Positions 38,905 to 49,227 of a stretch of DNA of 64,000 bases are shown here, piece after piece. The stretch lies in assembly GCA_051532035.1 (NCBI GenBank), contig JAOPTW010000018.1, positions 5,770 through 69,769 on the forward strand, written 5' to 3'. This stretch comes from Fibrobacterales bacterium (lineage in GTDB: Bacteria > Fibrobacterota > Fibrobacteria > Fibrobacterales > JAOPTW01). Within the stretch, counting starts at the first letter, position 1, and each line of letters begins with the position of its first letter. The translations under genes and the position numbers were made by a program. Below the pieces are notes generated by a model. That model was not told where the DNA came from, made no database searches, and was given only the letters and a program-made list of their open reading frames with translations.

Positions 38905-39699
38905 ATGATGAAATGGATTGATTCTTACGCACTGAATGTCCCTATCATTGATAAACAACATAAAGAGTTATTTAAAATGCTCAATCTTATTGAGGACTCC
39001 TTTAAAAAAGGGACCACTCATAGTGAGATAGTTAAGGTGCTGAAATTTCTTGTAGGATATGTCAAACATCATTTTGCCGCAGAAGAAGAGGTTATGCGAA
39101 TGGCAGAGTATCCTGGCCTAGCTGACCATAAAATACTGCATAAAAATTTGGTTAGCGAGCTGATGGTAAAAATTAAACTCCTCGGGACAACCAAGTACAT
39201 TAACATTTATGAAATTGAAGAGTTTGTAACCGCGTGGTTGTGTGAACATATCATTCAAGAGGATATGCATATTCGAGATCATATAAATAGCAAAAAGAAA
39301 GAACATCAATTTTTAAATCAAATGACAAGAGATACCTCTGCAAAGGTAATTAGTGATATTCTTGAAGAGTGTAATCGCTATGAATCTCTCTGTAAACAGG
39401 GCATGGTGTCTGAGGCTGATAAAGAGGCAAAGATTCACAATGCGACTGAGGAATTTTTAACGATGTTCCAATATAGCTCACTCTCAGAATTGTATGATAC
39501 AAAGAGAGTTGTCGATACTCTTATTGATAAAAAATATCTTGAGCCAGCAGAAATGGATGCTTTTTGGAAAACAAGTATTTCTGTTGATTTTTTAAAACGC
39601 ATATTAAATGAGTCAAAGGATACAGAGTATGATACTCTGATGCTCGATGCTTTGGAAGAAGAAGGAGTTATCTCTCCTAATCAACGTAATCAACTCTAA
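38905..39699 (+). CDS. Bacteriohemerythrin with C-terminal extension (paralog 2)
   Basis: MKW...VPIIDKQH, HFAAEE, HKILH, HIIQED; strong RBS GAGGAG. Confidence 0.9.
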   Translation: MMKWIDSYALNVPIIDKQHKELFKMLNLIEDSFKKGTTHSEIVKVLKFLVGYVKHHFAAEEEVMRMAEYPGLADHKILHKNLVSELMVKIKLLGTTKYINIYEIEEFVTAWLCEHIIQEDMHIRDHINSKKKEHQFLNQMTRDTSAKVISDILEECNRYESLCKQGMVSEADKEAKIHNATEEFLTMFQYSSLSELYDTKRVVDTLIDKKYLEPAEMDAFWKTSISVDFLKRILNESKDTEYDTLMLDALEEEGVISPNQRNQL

Positions 39700-39706
39700 A
39701 GAGCCG

Positions 39707-39745
39707 TTTCCACTCTGTTATATACGTTGTATAATAGAGTGGAAA
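39707..39745. terminator. Hairpin between the hemerythrin genes and the histidine kinase
   Basis: TTTCCACTCTGTTATA...TATAATAGAGTGGAAA. Confidence 0.5.
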
Positions 39746-39818
39746 ACATTCATTTTCTTTGGTTTACTTCTGTAAAAGTGATATACTGTGAGTAGAAGTT
39801 AATGTACTGGAAATCAGT

Positions 39819-42773
39819 GTGGTTGCATCTAAACGGATATTTGTAAATATCGGACTCATCTCATTTGTAGTCATATCTGCAGGCATTGTACTCATTGGTC
39901 TCATTTTTTATTCCTATAATATTCTGAAGTTCAATGAACATTTAATCTTTCCCGCTTTTCAAGGAGTCTTCGTATTACTGGCTGTTTTTTTGCTACTGAC
40001 CATACTCATGTACCGCAAATTACAACAGAACGTTGTTGATTTTCAGCAACTTAAAAAACAGAATGATCTTTTTAATGAATTGACCAGTGAGGGAATCATT
40101 ACTCTCGATAAAGAGGGTAACGTACTCTATTCGAATAGTGCAATTCAGACTATACTTGGATATTCGACGCAAGAGCTTTCTCAATTAGATTTTTTTAAGA
40201 AAGTGATACATGAAAAAAATACTACAGTAGTATCAGGAGTTAGGGGGGCACTTGTTGATGGAAGAAAATATTATGCACCCAATATGAAATGTAATTGTAA
40301 AGAAGGGGCTGTTACTAATGTAGAAATGTGGTTTTACCCTTTTCATACAGATGGGCAAGTGAGCGGGGGCTTTTTGAGCCTCAATGACATTAATACACGT
40401 GTTGCTGCATTCGATGCATTGCAAAGAAATCAGGTTCTTCTCAATGAAGCCCAGACTATCTCTTTGGTTGGGAGCTGGGAGTGGTATGGGTATACCGAGT
40501 CTATGGGCTGGTCAGCACAAGTATATGACAATTTTGGGCTCATCCCTGGTGAGGAGGATTCAACATTTGAACAGTTTTTACATTTTGTACATCGCGATGA
40601 TCGTAATAGAATTGAGTCAGTGTTTAAAAACATTACAGAATATTCAACAATTAACATTGTTGAATATCGGATAATTACAGAAAGTGGGGAAGAAAAATAT
40701 GTTCGTGACCGAATAAAAGTACTCTCCCAGCCCGGTGAACCACTGCATCTTCTGGGGACGTCACAGGATGTCACTGAATATGAAACAGCTAAAAGGGAGT
40801 TAGAGGAGTATAAAAATGGTTTAGAAAAACTAGTAGAGGATCGTACAACATCTTTGAATACACAGATGGAACAAAGGAAACTGCTTGAGGAGGGGCTCCG
40901 CCAGAAAAAGGATGAACTCCAAACAATACTTAATGCATCTCCAGATCTTATGTTTCATCTCGACTCAGACTCAACGATTGAATCATATTTTTGTAATGAT
41001 GAAGAGCGACTTTTTGTAAAACCAGATCAGTTTTTACATAAAAAAATGACCGAAGTTCTCCCTCCCCAGGTTGGGGCTCAGTTTAAAAATGCCATAGCAC
41101 AAGCTTATTCAGAACATAATCTAGTGACTATTGAGTATGTATTACCAATAGGCTCTTTAACGCACTATTTTGAAGCGCGCATTAATGCGTTAGAAAATAA
41201 TCACTGCATCGTTATTATTAGAGACATTACTGAACTGATCACTTCCCGTCAAGAGACGGGGATATTTTCTCAAGCTGTTGAGCTCAGTCCAGTCAGTGTA
41301 GGTCTTACTGATCAATTTGGTACTATCGAATATGTTAATAAAAAATTCTCTGAGGTGACTCAATATACTTTTGATGATGCCGTAGGTCAAAATATGCGTA
41401 TGTTGAAGTCGAGTTATCACTCAGGAGAGTATTATAAGAATATGTGGGAGACTATTAAATCTGGTAAAGAGTGGCATGGGGAGCTGTGTAATAAACGAAA
41501 AGATGGTTCACTCTTTTGGGAAAGGGCTTCCATTGCATCTATTAAAGAGAGTGATGGTTCTATTGCACATTATATTGCCGTTAAAGAAGATATCACTGAA
41601 CAAAAAGAAATAATGCAGGAATTGCAGAATGCCAAAAAAAGAGCAGTTGAATCAAACCGGGCTAAGTCGACTTTTCTTGCGAGCATGTCTCATGAATTGA
41701 GAACTCCCTTAAACTCCATTCTCGGGTTTAGTCAGTTATTAGATAAACGTTTTAATGGTAATAAGCTCAAGAAAGAGGGAGAGTTTGTTGGTAAGATTAA
41801 GAGGGCTGGAGAACATCTCCTTAGTCTTATTTCAGATATTCTTGATCTCGCCAAAATTGAGTCTGACTCTATACTATTAGATAATGATTCCGTCTCTCTG
41901 AGTGACGTGGTTCGCGAAGCAATAGATGTCATTCGTCATATGGCAGAGGAGCGAGATATAGAAATTATTGAAGAAGAGGCTTTTTATACGGCGGCAGAGG
42001 GGTGCTTTGTCCATGGTGACTATCTACGTATTAAGCAAGTTATCATTAACATATTGAGTAATGCCGTTAAATACAATATCAGTAAAGGTGAAATTGCATT
42101 GGCTGTTGATAGAAAAGAAGAGTCAGTCGTATTCCTGGTAAGGGATACAGGGTATGGTATTGCCCCTGAACATATTCCTTATATGTTTGTGCCCTTTAAT
42201 AGGCTTGGTAATGAAAATAGCAATATTGAAGGGACGGGAATCGGGCTCACGCTGAGTAAAAAATTAATGTCTGCAATGAATGGTACTATTGAGTTGAGTA
42301 GTACCTCGGGGATTGGTTCAACATTTTCAATTGAGCTCCCCATAGGTACTCCTTCGAATCAAAAATTAGATCAAGGGTCTTCTAAAGAAGGAGGTGAACT
42401 AACCAGACGGGGAGGAGTAGTACGAGTATTGTATGTAGAAGATAATGAAAGTAATCGAGAGTTGGTACGCGAGCTTCTCGGTGGTAGAAAAAATATAGAG
42501 CTACTCGAAGCACCCACAGGGCAGATTGGGTTGGACTTGTTTCGTACTAAAACACCTCAAATAGTACTCCTCGATATCTCGTTACCCGACATGTCTGGAT
42601 ACGAAGTTATAGAAAAAATGAGAAAGATTACGCCCGACCAATATGTTGTTGCACTCACCGCAAATGCCTTACCCTCTGAGAAAAGAAAAGCAAAACGTGC
42701 CGGTTTTAATGATTACATTACCAAACCGATAAATATTAATCAGTTTTATAAAGTATTGGATACCTACCTGTAG
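39819..42773 (+). CDS. Membrane-bound hybrid sensor histidine kinase (2 TM, about 4 PAS, HisKA, HATPase, REC)
   Basis: 'KSTFLASMSHELRTPLNSILGF', 'NILSNAVKY', 'DTGYGI', 'GTGIGL'; REC 'VLYVEDN...LLDISLP...TKP'. Confidence 0.92.
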   Translation: MVASKRIFVNIGLISFVVISAGIVLIGLIFYSYNILKFNEHLIFPAFQGVFVLLAVFLLLTILMYRKLQQNVVDFQQLKKQNDLFNELTSEGIITLDKEGNVLYSNSAIQTILGYSTQELSQLDFFKKVIHEKNTTVVSGVRGALVDGRKYYAPNMKCNCKEGAVTNVEMWFYPFHTDGQVSGGFLSLNDINTRVAAFDALQRNQVLLNEAQTISLVGSWEWYGYTESMGWSAQVYDNFGLIPGEEDSTFEQFLHFVHRDDRNRIESVFKNITEYSTINIVEYRIITESGEEKYVRDRIKVLSQPGEPLHLLGTSQDVTEYETAKRELEEYKNGLEKLVEDRTTSLNTQMEQRKLLEEGLRQKKDELQTILNASPDLMFHLDSDSTIESYFCNDEERLFVKPDQFLHKKMTEVLPPQVGAQFKNAIAQAYSEHNLVTIEYVLPIGSLTHYFEARINALENNHCIVIIRDITELITSRQETGIFSQAVELSPVSVGLTDQFGTIEYVNKKFSEVTQYTFDDAVGQNMRMLKSSYHSGEYYKNMWETIKSGKEWHGELCNKRKDGSLFWERASIASIKESDGSIAHYIAVKEDITEQKEIMQELQNAKKRAVESNRAKSTFLASMSHELRTPLNSILGFSQLLDKRFNGNKLKKEGEFVGKIKRAGEHLLSLISDILDLAKIESDSILLDNDSVSLSDVVREAIDVIRHMAEERDIEIIEEEAFYTAAEGCFVHGDYLRIKQVIINILSNAVKYNISKGEIALAVDRKEESVVFLVRDTGYGIAPEHIPYMFVPFNRLGNENSNIEGTGIGLTLSKKLMSAMNGTIELSSTSGIGSTFSIELPIGTPSNQKLDQGSSKEGGELTRRGGVVRVLYVEDNESNRELVRELLGGRKNIELLEAPTGQIGLDLFRTKTPQIVLLDISLPDMSGYEVIEKMRKITPDQYVVALTANALPSEKRKAKRAGFNDYITKPININQFYKVLDTYL

Positions 42774-42779
42774 GATTAT

Positions 42780-43880
42780 ATGTATAGTCAAATTTCAAAA
42801 TTACATAACATACAGCTTGAAGCCTCTCGAGTTTTGATTATTGATGATAATAAGGATAATACAGATCTTCTTATGGAGGTATTGCAAAGTAGTGGGTATA
42901 CCAATGTGCTGGCAATAAATGATCCACGAAAGGCCGTGAGTATGTATAAGGCTTTTGAACCAGATATTGTGCTCCTTGACCTCAATATGCCTTATGTAAG
43001 TGGGTTTGATCTTCTGAAAGAATTTACGGCTATGGATTCAATAGATAGCATTGTGCCGATCCTTGTATTAACTGCTCTGACGGATACAGAATCTCGTGAT
43101 AGAGCATTAGTGCTCGGAGCGTTAGATTTTTTAACGAAACCATTTGATGCCTATGAGGTTGTGCAGCGCCTCAGCAATCTACTGACCGTGCGGCACCTGA
43201 ATCATAAACTCAAAATTAAGAATGATCACCTTTCTGATGAAGTACACGAAAAGGATATTGAGCTTCAGCAGGCCCAGGTGGAAATTATTCAAATACTGGG
43301 TCAGGCAGTTGAGTTTCGTGATGTCGAGACCGGGTATCATATTGAGCGAATCAGTACAATGAGTCGGATACTTGCCAATTGTGCGGGGGTGCCGAAACAT
43401 ACCGCAGAGCTTATTGAAAGCGCAAGTCCCATGCATGATGTTGGTAAAATAGGGATTCCCGATGCAATACTGTTAAAGCCGGCCGCATTAACTCCAGCAG
43501 AATTTGATCTCATGAAGACTCATTCCCTGATAGGGTATAAGCTTTTACATAAAGAAGGGGTTAAGCAACCACCTATTACTGAGCTTGCTGCAGAAATTGC
43601 ACTCAATCATCATGAGCGCTGGGATGGTACAGGGTATCCCTATGGGGTCTCAGGTGAAAACATACCGCTCAGTGGACGCATTGTAGGTCTGGTCGATGTC
43701 TTTGATGCACTCACATCGCAGCGGGTCTATAAGCCTGCATTTAATATTGAAGAGTCAATTGATATCATACATATGGGCCGTGAAAAACATTTTGACCCTA
43801 CGTTAGTTGATCTCTTTGTTAAAAATGCTGACCAATTTGTTCAAGTGATTGATGACTATACAAAACGAGAGAAAGGCTAA
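42780..43880 (+). CDS. Response regulator with HD-GYP c-di-GMP phosphodiesterase domain (RpfG-like)
   Basis: REC 'LIIDDN...LLDLNMP'; 'MHDVGKIGIPD', 'HHERWDGTGYP'. Confidence 0.92.
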   Translation: MYSQISKLHNIQLEASRVLIIDDNKDNTDLLMEVLQSSGYTNVLAINDPRKAVSMYKAFEPDIVLLDLNMPYVSGFDLLKEFTAMDSIDSIVPILVLTALTDTESRDRALVLGALDFLTKPFDAYEVVQRLSNLLTVRHLNHKLKIKNDHLSDEVHEKDIELQQAQVEIIQILGQAVEFRDVETGYHIERISTMSRILANCAGVPKHTAELIESASPMHDVGKIGIPDAILLKPAALTPAEFDLMKTHSLIGYKLLHKEGVKQPPITELAAEIALNHHERWDGTGYPYGVSGENIPLSGRIVGLVDVFDALTSQRVYKPAFNIEESIDIIHMGREKHFDPTLVDLFVKNADQFVQVIDDYTKREKG

Positions 43881-43943
43881 ATTGATCAAAATATTATATT
43901 AAAAAATGTATCCCTGTAAGTCGGTATACTGTATGTGTGATAC

Positions 43944-45083
43944 TCAATTGTTTACTACATAAATTTCTTCGTTGAGTTTTCCTTGAAAATAATAGTTCTT
44001 GATCATCTGGCACATGGTCTTGCTAATCTCTTGGTTTTTCTTAGCAAGAAGTACTCCATCATTTGTGGTGAGGTCCTCTGCGAGAAGCATGTCAAATTGA
44101 AGATCAAGTACATTGATAGCACGTTTTTTCTCTTGGATTTCAGGGAATTCCATGTGTTTGAATTGAAATAATATTTCAGGATGATACCCCTTTGCATTAA
44201 CGGTTAAATAGTTAAGAGCCTCCTGTATCGTACTCCCTTTGGTGATAAACATATCAAAATCCGTGGCGAGTTTCAGTGCGCATCGACCAAAATTAATGGG
44301 GCTGAGCTTTGAAACATCAGTCTGTTTTTCATGGTCTGGAAAATCATCGAGCTGAACTCTTAAAATTTGCGCGACATCTTCAAGACGCGGAATATTTGAA
44401 ATGAGATCGTGGCCAATTACAGGATAGCTCTGCCAAATGTCTTTCTCTTCAAGCGTAAGTTCAGCGGTGCTATAGATTTTGTCAAAGGTGTCTCGAGGAA
44501 TGGTAACACAGCCTATTTGACAGAGCATACCAGCTATTTCAATCTTCCATGCATCGGGGCGTGGTAATGCCTTTAAAAGAAGTCTTATATAGTTTCGTAT
44601 TTGTGTTGCATGAGTGGCAGCGACGGGATTGGCGAGGCCAAGTGTGTCGACGAGAACTTTAAGTGCGCCGCTAAATGTTTTTTGTAAGAGTGTTTTTTCT
44701 GCAGTAAGGAGGTTGTTGTGTTCTATTGCTGCAGTTATAGTGTTGACCAGTGTTTCATCGGGGCAAGGTTTGGTGAGAAACCTAAAGATAGCACCTTCAT
44801 TCACGGCGCTCATGGCGATATTTACATCTGCGAGGCCAGTGAGCATCGTTCTAACAGTGTCGGGATATTTTTTCTTTACGATTTTTAAAAATTCAAGGCC
44901 ATCCATCTTCGGCATATTCATGTCCGAAAATACCGCAGCAAAGGGCCCATTTGTTTCAAGTTCTTTTAAACCATTTTCAGCAAATTGTGCAATGACAATA
45001 TTAAAACGATTATGAAACTTTCTTTTTATTCCTTGAAGGATATTCATCTCATCATCAACAAACAGTATTTTTGGACCATCCAT
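43944..45083 (-). CDS. Response regulator with degenerate HD-GYP-like domain
   Basis: REC 'LFVDDE...SDMNMP...TKP'; HD replaced ('MLCQIGCV'); no HHE/GYP motif. Confidence 0.85.
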   Translation of the reverse strand: MDGPKILFVDDEMNILQGIKRKFHNRFNIVIAQFAENGLKELETNGPFAAVFSDMNMPKMDGLEFLKIVKKKYPDTVRTMLTGLADVNIAMSAVNEGAIFRFLTKPCPDETLVNTITAAIEHNNLLTAEKTLLQKTFSGALKVLVDTLGLANPVAATHATQIRNYIRLLLKALPRPDAWKIEIAGMLCQIGCVTIPRDTFDKIYSTAELTLEEKDIWQSYPVIGHDLISNIPRLEDVAQILRVQLDDFPDHEKQTDVSKLSPINFGRCALKLATDFDMFITKGSTIQEALNYLTVNAKGYHPEILFQFKHMEFPEIQEKKRAINVLDLQFDMLLAEDLTTNDGVLLAKKNQEISKTMCQMIKNYYFQGKLNEEIYVVNN

Positions 45084-45084
45084 A

Positions 45085-46281
45085 TTATGTGCACTCCTTA
45101 ACTATTTTTTGCCACTCTGGTATAGACTCACTAAGTCCCATTTCGTCCAAGTGGTTTCGATTTAATTGAATCGGTGAGTCGGGATTCAGGTCGGGATTTC
45201 GTTCAAGTACATCGGTTATATGCATCGCATGGGTTAATCCAAAAGATACTTCTGGAGCATCTTCAGGGGTATGATGATAATACACGGCATTTACAATAGA
45301 CTCCCTAAACCCCCACTGTTCTAATAATACTCCCCCAACCTCTGCGTGGGTTATACCCATAATCATTTTTTCACTTTGAATGAGGGTATCCATTTGTGAG
45401 CCTGACGCCTCAAACACTGTGGCGTATTTTGCGGGTTCATTTTTGACCAATACTAAAATGCCGATATCATGAAGGAGCCCTGTGATAAGGGCATTTTCTA
45501 AAAGCTCTTTGTTTTCGGTTTGGGTCGACAGTATTTCTTTACAGATTATACTACATCGGGTTGCATGCGCGTAGAGCATGTCCACATCAAAAGTTTTCAT
45601 TTCATCTTCAGTAAACTGATTAAACGTCTCAACCGAAACGATCACTGCTTTCACTACATCAAAACCCAAGAAGGTAACTGCTTGGGTAAGATCATTCACT
45701 TCATTTTTAAGACCAAAAAAGGTAGAGTTAACCAGCTGTAATATTTTGGCACTCATGGCGACATCTTGTTGAATAACTGAGGCAATTAATTTTGCAGAAC
45801 ATTCCGGGTTTTTCATAATTCGAGTAAGTTTCTCATATACCGCGGGAAGGGTGGGGAGCTTTTCAATACGTGAGATATACTCAAGGGCGCGTTGTTTGTT
45901 TTTTGTGTGATCATTATTAAGAACTTTTTGGATGACGCGCTTTATCAAGTTTGGGTTACAGGGTTTGGATAAAAACTGATCTGCTGAATCGATAGTTTTA
46001 AGAATCATCTCTTTATCACTGTAACCAGAAAGTATATAGCGGGCTGTTTGGGGGTGTCTCTCTTTCACGGTATTTAATAATTCTGAGCCATCCATTTCTG
46101 GCATTCTCATGTCAGAAATTATCACATTTACGGGATGCTCAGCCATGTAGTCCAATGCTTTTTGGCCGCTGGTTGTGAAAATCATTTCCCATTCTTTCCT
46201 CATGGGGTAGAGCATGCGTTTTATGCCGTCTATAATATTCTTTTCATCATCGACAAATAAAATTCGAGGTTTGTTGGGCAT
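45085..46281 (-). CDS. Response regulator with HDOD domain
   Basis: REC; 'LPTLP', 'AKILQLVNSTFFG', 'GLLHDIG', 'HAEVGG.LLEQW', 'YHHTP'. Confidence 0.9.
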   Translation of the reverse strand: MPNKPRILFVDDEKNIIDGIKRMLYPMRKEWEMIFTTSGQKALDYMAEHPVNVIISDMRMPEMDGSELLNTVKERHPQTARYILSGYSDKEMILKTIDSADQFLSKPCNPNLIKRVIQKVLNNDHTKNKQRALEYISRIEKLPTLPAVYEKLTRIMKNPECSAKLIASVIQQDVAMSAKILQLVNSTFFGLKNEVNDLTQAVTFLGFDVVKAVIVSVETFNQFTEDEMKTFDVDMLYAHATRCSIICKEILSTQTENKELLENALITGLLHDIGILVLVKNEPAKYATVFEASGSQMDTLIQSEKMIMGITHAEVGGVLLEQWGFRESIVNAVYYHHTPEDAPEVSFGLTHAMHITDVLERNPDLNPDSPIQLNRNHLDEMGLSESIPEWQKIVKECT

Positions 46282-46283
46282 GG

Positions 46284-47915
46284 TTAATCCTTCTGCTCAA
46301 GGGGAAGCTCAAGAGTAAATGTTGTTCCTTCTCCTTGAATTGAGTTGAGGGATATAGAGCCTTTATGTTTTTTCTTCATGGTTTGGTAGGCCATAGAGAG
46401 TCCTTGGCCTGTGCCAACCCCTACCTCTTTAGTGGTAAAAAAGGGATCGAATACTTTGTCCTGAATATCTTCTGGGATTCCAGACCCATTATCGGTTATA
46501 ACAATCACAATATGGGTATCGGTCGCAGAAGTACTTATGGTAATAAGCCCTTTCTCGCGTGTTCCTTTAAACTGCTCAATAATTGCATGAGATGCATTAA
46601 TAATAAGGTTTAAGAACACTTGTTTTATTTCACCAATGTAACACATCGCGAGGGGGATATTTTCAGATAAATTGGTCTCTAAATCAGCACAATATTTCCA
46701 TTCATTCTTTGCTATGATAATAGTGGATTCAATAGCAGAATTAATACTCTCAAGAGCCATATTGTCAGTACCACTGTGAGAAAAATCTTTCATGGCTTTT
46801 ACAATATTTGTTACCCGAGAAACCCCTTCCATTGATTGCGTTAGGGCGGTGGGCATTTCCTCTTTTAAAAAGTCGATATCTATCTCTTCAGCAGTCTGTT
46901 CAAGGTGTTCTTTAAATTGAGATATGGTTTCATTGTCGGGGTAGAGTTGGGTGAGCTCCTTAATAGTGTTTTCATGCTCTTTCAAGAGTAGAAAAACATT
47001 GTATATCGAGTCTTTTATAAAAAGAGTGTTGTCGCCGATAAATTGAATGGGAGTATTGATTTCGTGAGCAACCCCTGCTGCAAGAGTACCAATTGATTCC
47101 ATTTTTTGGGCTTGAAGGAGTTGTGATTCGAGCTGTTTCTTGTCCTTTTCGGCCTTCTGTTTGTGAGTGATATCTTCAGTTAAAATAGTAAAATGGTGCA
47201 TGTCGCTTGTTTCTACTGCATAGCCTGTAATAGAGCAGGTGACATCAACCTCGTTTTGCTCTTGAGTGACACGTTTCCCTGCATAGTGATACGTTGGGTT
47301 TTTAGATTGTTGCATAATTTCAAATTGTTTGAGCAGCATTTTTTTCTCAAAATCTTCTGGTATAAAATCATATATACTTTTACCGATCAATTGAGGAGGA
47401 GGCATTTTTAAAATGGAAAGCATCTGAGGGTTAGCAAGCGTGATTTTCCCCTTATCATCTACATTCATAATTCCAATGGGGAGTGAATCAACGAGCCTTT
47501 TATGATGCTCTTCATTTTGAGTGTACCTAAGTGAAACGTTTTTACGCTCAATAGCATAGATAATCGATTTTTCTAAGAGAGTAACATCGTATTTGCCTTT
47601 AGTGAGGTAGTCTTGAGCTCCTGCTGTTACTGCCTTAATGCCAATATCTCCCCCAAATTCGCCGGTAATAACAATTATTGGGGTATCAGGAGTGTGGCTA
47701 GTGAGTCTGGCGAGAGTCTCAAGCCCTTTACTGTCAGGGAGGTTCAAATCACTCAGTATAATGTCAAATTGTATAGAGGCAATATGGGTAAGAGCTTCTT
47801 GCAATGATTTTGCTGTCTCAATAGTGCAATTGAGTGAAGTGATATTGTGTACGAGTCCTCGAAGTAGAGATAAATCTACAGGATTATCCTCAAGAATGAG
47901 TAGCTGAATAGACAC
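46284..47915 (-). CDS. REC-PAS sensor histidine kinase (NtrB-like)
   Basis: N-terminal REC; PAS; 'GVAHEINTP', 'NLIINASHA', 'DNGSGI', 'FDPFFTTK..G.GTGQGL'. Confidence 0.9.
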   Translation of the reverse strand: MSIQLLILEDNPVDLSLLRGLVHNITSLNCTIETAKSLQEALTHIASIQFDIILSDLNLPDSKGLETLARLTSHTPDTPIIVITGEFGGDIGIKAVTAGAQDYLTKGKYDVTLLEKSIIYAIERKNVSLRYTQNEEHHKRLVDSLPIGIMNVDDKGKITLANPQMLSILKMPPPQLIGKSIYDFIPEDFEKKMLLKQFEIMQQSKNPTYHYAGKRVTQEQNEVDVTCSITGYAVETSDMHHFTILTEDITHKQKAEKDKKQLESQLLQAQKMESIGTLAAGVAHEINTPIQFIGDNTLFIKDSIYNVFLLLKEHENTIKELTQLYPDNETISQFKEHLEQTAEEIDIDFLKEEMPTALTQSMEGVSRVTNIVKAMKDFSHSGTDNMALESINSAIESTIIIAKNEWKYCADLETNLSENIPLAMCYIGEIKQVFLNLIINASHAIIEQFKGTREKGLITISTSATDTHIVIVITDNGSGIPEDIQDKVFDPFFTTKEVGVGTGQGLSMAYQTMKKKHKGSISLNSIQGEGTTFTLELPLEQKD

Positions 47916-47959
47916 AAGGGTACCGTCAATAAAGGGGTGTTACTTTGAGTGTATCATAG

Positions 47960-48337
47960 TTACTCTATTGAGTCAATTATTGTGGGGAATAAATAGAGAA
48001 AAGTTGGCCGTATTGTGTTTAGATGGTCGATTTCAACCCCTTCTTTCATAAGAAGTTCTCTTTTTTTCAGGGTATTTTTACTCTCAACCCCACCCATAAA
48101 GCCCCCAAGTGTTCCATCACTTTTAATCACGCGATGGCAAGGAATTTCTGGTGAGTAGGGGTTACGCTGTAATGCCTGTCCAATGGCTTGAGCGCTTCCA
48201 CACGATAGATGGCGTGATAGCTCTTTATACGTGGTAACTTTTCCCTGAGGGATCTCTAATAGGGCAGTGAATACCCTCTTTTGAAACGGGGTGAGTGTGG
48301 TATCTCGTTCTAGAGTCTGGTATAAGTCTTTGGCCAT
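47960..48337 (-). CDS. MGMT family protein (O6-methylguanine-DNA methyltransferase C-terminal domain)
   Basis: 'IPQGKVTTY', active site 'PCHRV', 'LLMKEG'. Confidence 0.9.
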   Translation of the reverse strand: MAKDLYQTLERDTTLTPFQKRVFTALLEIPQGKVTTYKELSRHLSCGSAQAIGQALQRNPYSPEIPCHRVIKSDGTLGGFMGGVESKNTLKKRELLMKEGVEIDHLNTIRPTFLYLFPTIIDSIE

Positions 48338-48515
48338 GGCGGTAATTTATGTGTAATCTATTGGTGTTGGGTTTTGGGAAGTTCTGTATAAGTAAGTATA
48401 AAATAGAGCATTGAGCAAATAAATCTACATTAAAGCTGTACTATTTCTCTACCGAGCTATTTTTGAATCTTAATATTTTCTATTTTTTACCCAAAATCAC
48501 ATTGTAGGGTGTATT

Positions 48516-49127
48516 ATGACACAATTAGAAAATGAAAGTTATGCAGTAGGGACCAATGTTGCTGAGTCTCTTGTTCAAACAAAATTAGAACTTGATATTC
48601 CAACGCTCGTACAGGCAATTACCGATGTAATGAGTGGTGGTGATGTAAAATTGTCTCCTGAAGAGATCAATACTCATCTTGAGTCTTTTGGCAAACAAAT
48701 TCAAGAAAAACAAGCTGAAGCTCTTAACGAATCTTCAGATGTAAACCTCGAAAAAGGTGTTGCATTTCTCGAAGAAAACAAAGCTAAAGAGAGTGTTGTT
48801 GTCACTGAAAGTGGACTACAATACGAAGTACTTGAAGAGGGAGAAGGCGATAAACCTTCTGTAGAATCAACAGTACGAGTGCATTACGCTGGTACTACTA
48901 TTGATGGTGCGGAATTTGATAGTTCTTACAAACGTGGAGAGCCTGCACAATTTCCTGTTGGAGGCGTGATCAAAGGGTGGACTGAAGCACTACAGCTTAT
49001 GAGTGTTGGGTCAAAATACCGTTTGACTATTCCTTCTGATATTGCTTATGGTGCTCAGGGCGCTGGTCAAGCGATCGGTCCTAATGAGACACTTTGTTTT
49101 GATGTAGAGCTTCTTGCGATAGTGTAA
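48516..49127 (+). CDS. FKBP-type peptidyl-prolyl cis-trans isomerase (FklB/Mip-like)
   Basis: FKBP_N domain; 'TESGLQYEV', 'VHYAGT', 'FDSSY', 'VIKGWTEAL', 'FDVELL'. Confidence 0.95.
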   Translation: MTQLENESYAVGTNVAESLVQTKLELDIPTLVQAITDVMSGGDVKLSPEEINTHLESFGKQIQEKQAEALNESSDVNLEKGVAFLEENKAKESVVVTESGLQYEVLEEGEGDKPSVESTVRVHYAGTTIDGAEFDSSYKRGEPAQFPVGGVIKGWTEALQLMSVGSKYRLTIPSDIAYGAQGAGQAIGPNETLCFDVELLAIV

Positions 49128-49149
49128 TTACGTCAAAAAAATAAGAATG

Positions 49150-49181
49150 AAAAAGCCTCTACATATGTAGAGGCTTTTTTT
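49150..49181. terminator. Bidirectional rho-independent terminator
   Basis: AAAAAGCCTCTACA-ta-TGTAGAGGCTTTTT between convergent genes. Confidence 0.85.
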
Positions 49182-49227
49182 GTTTTCAGTAAGAAGTCAG
49201 TGACCCGAATGCGAGTGCTATAGAATG

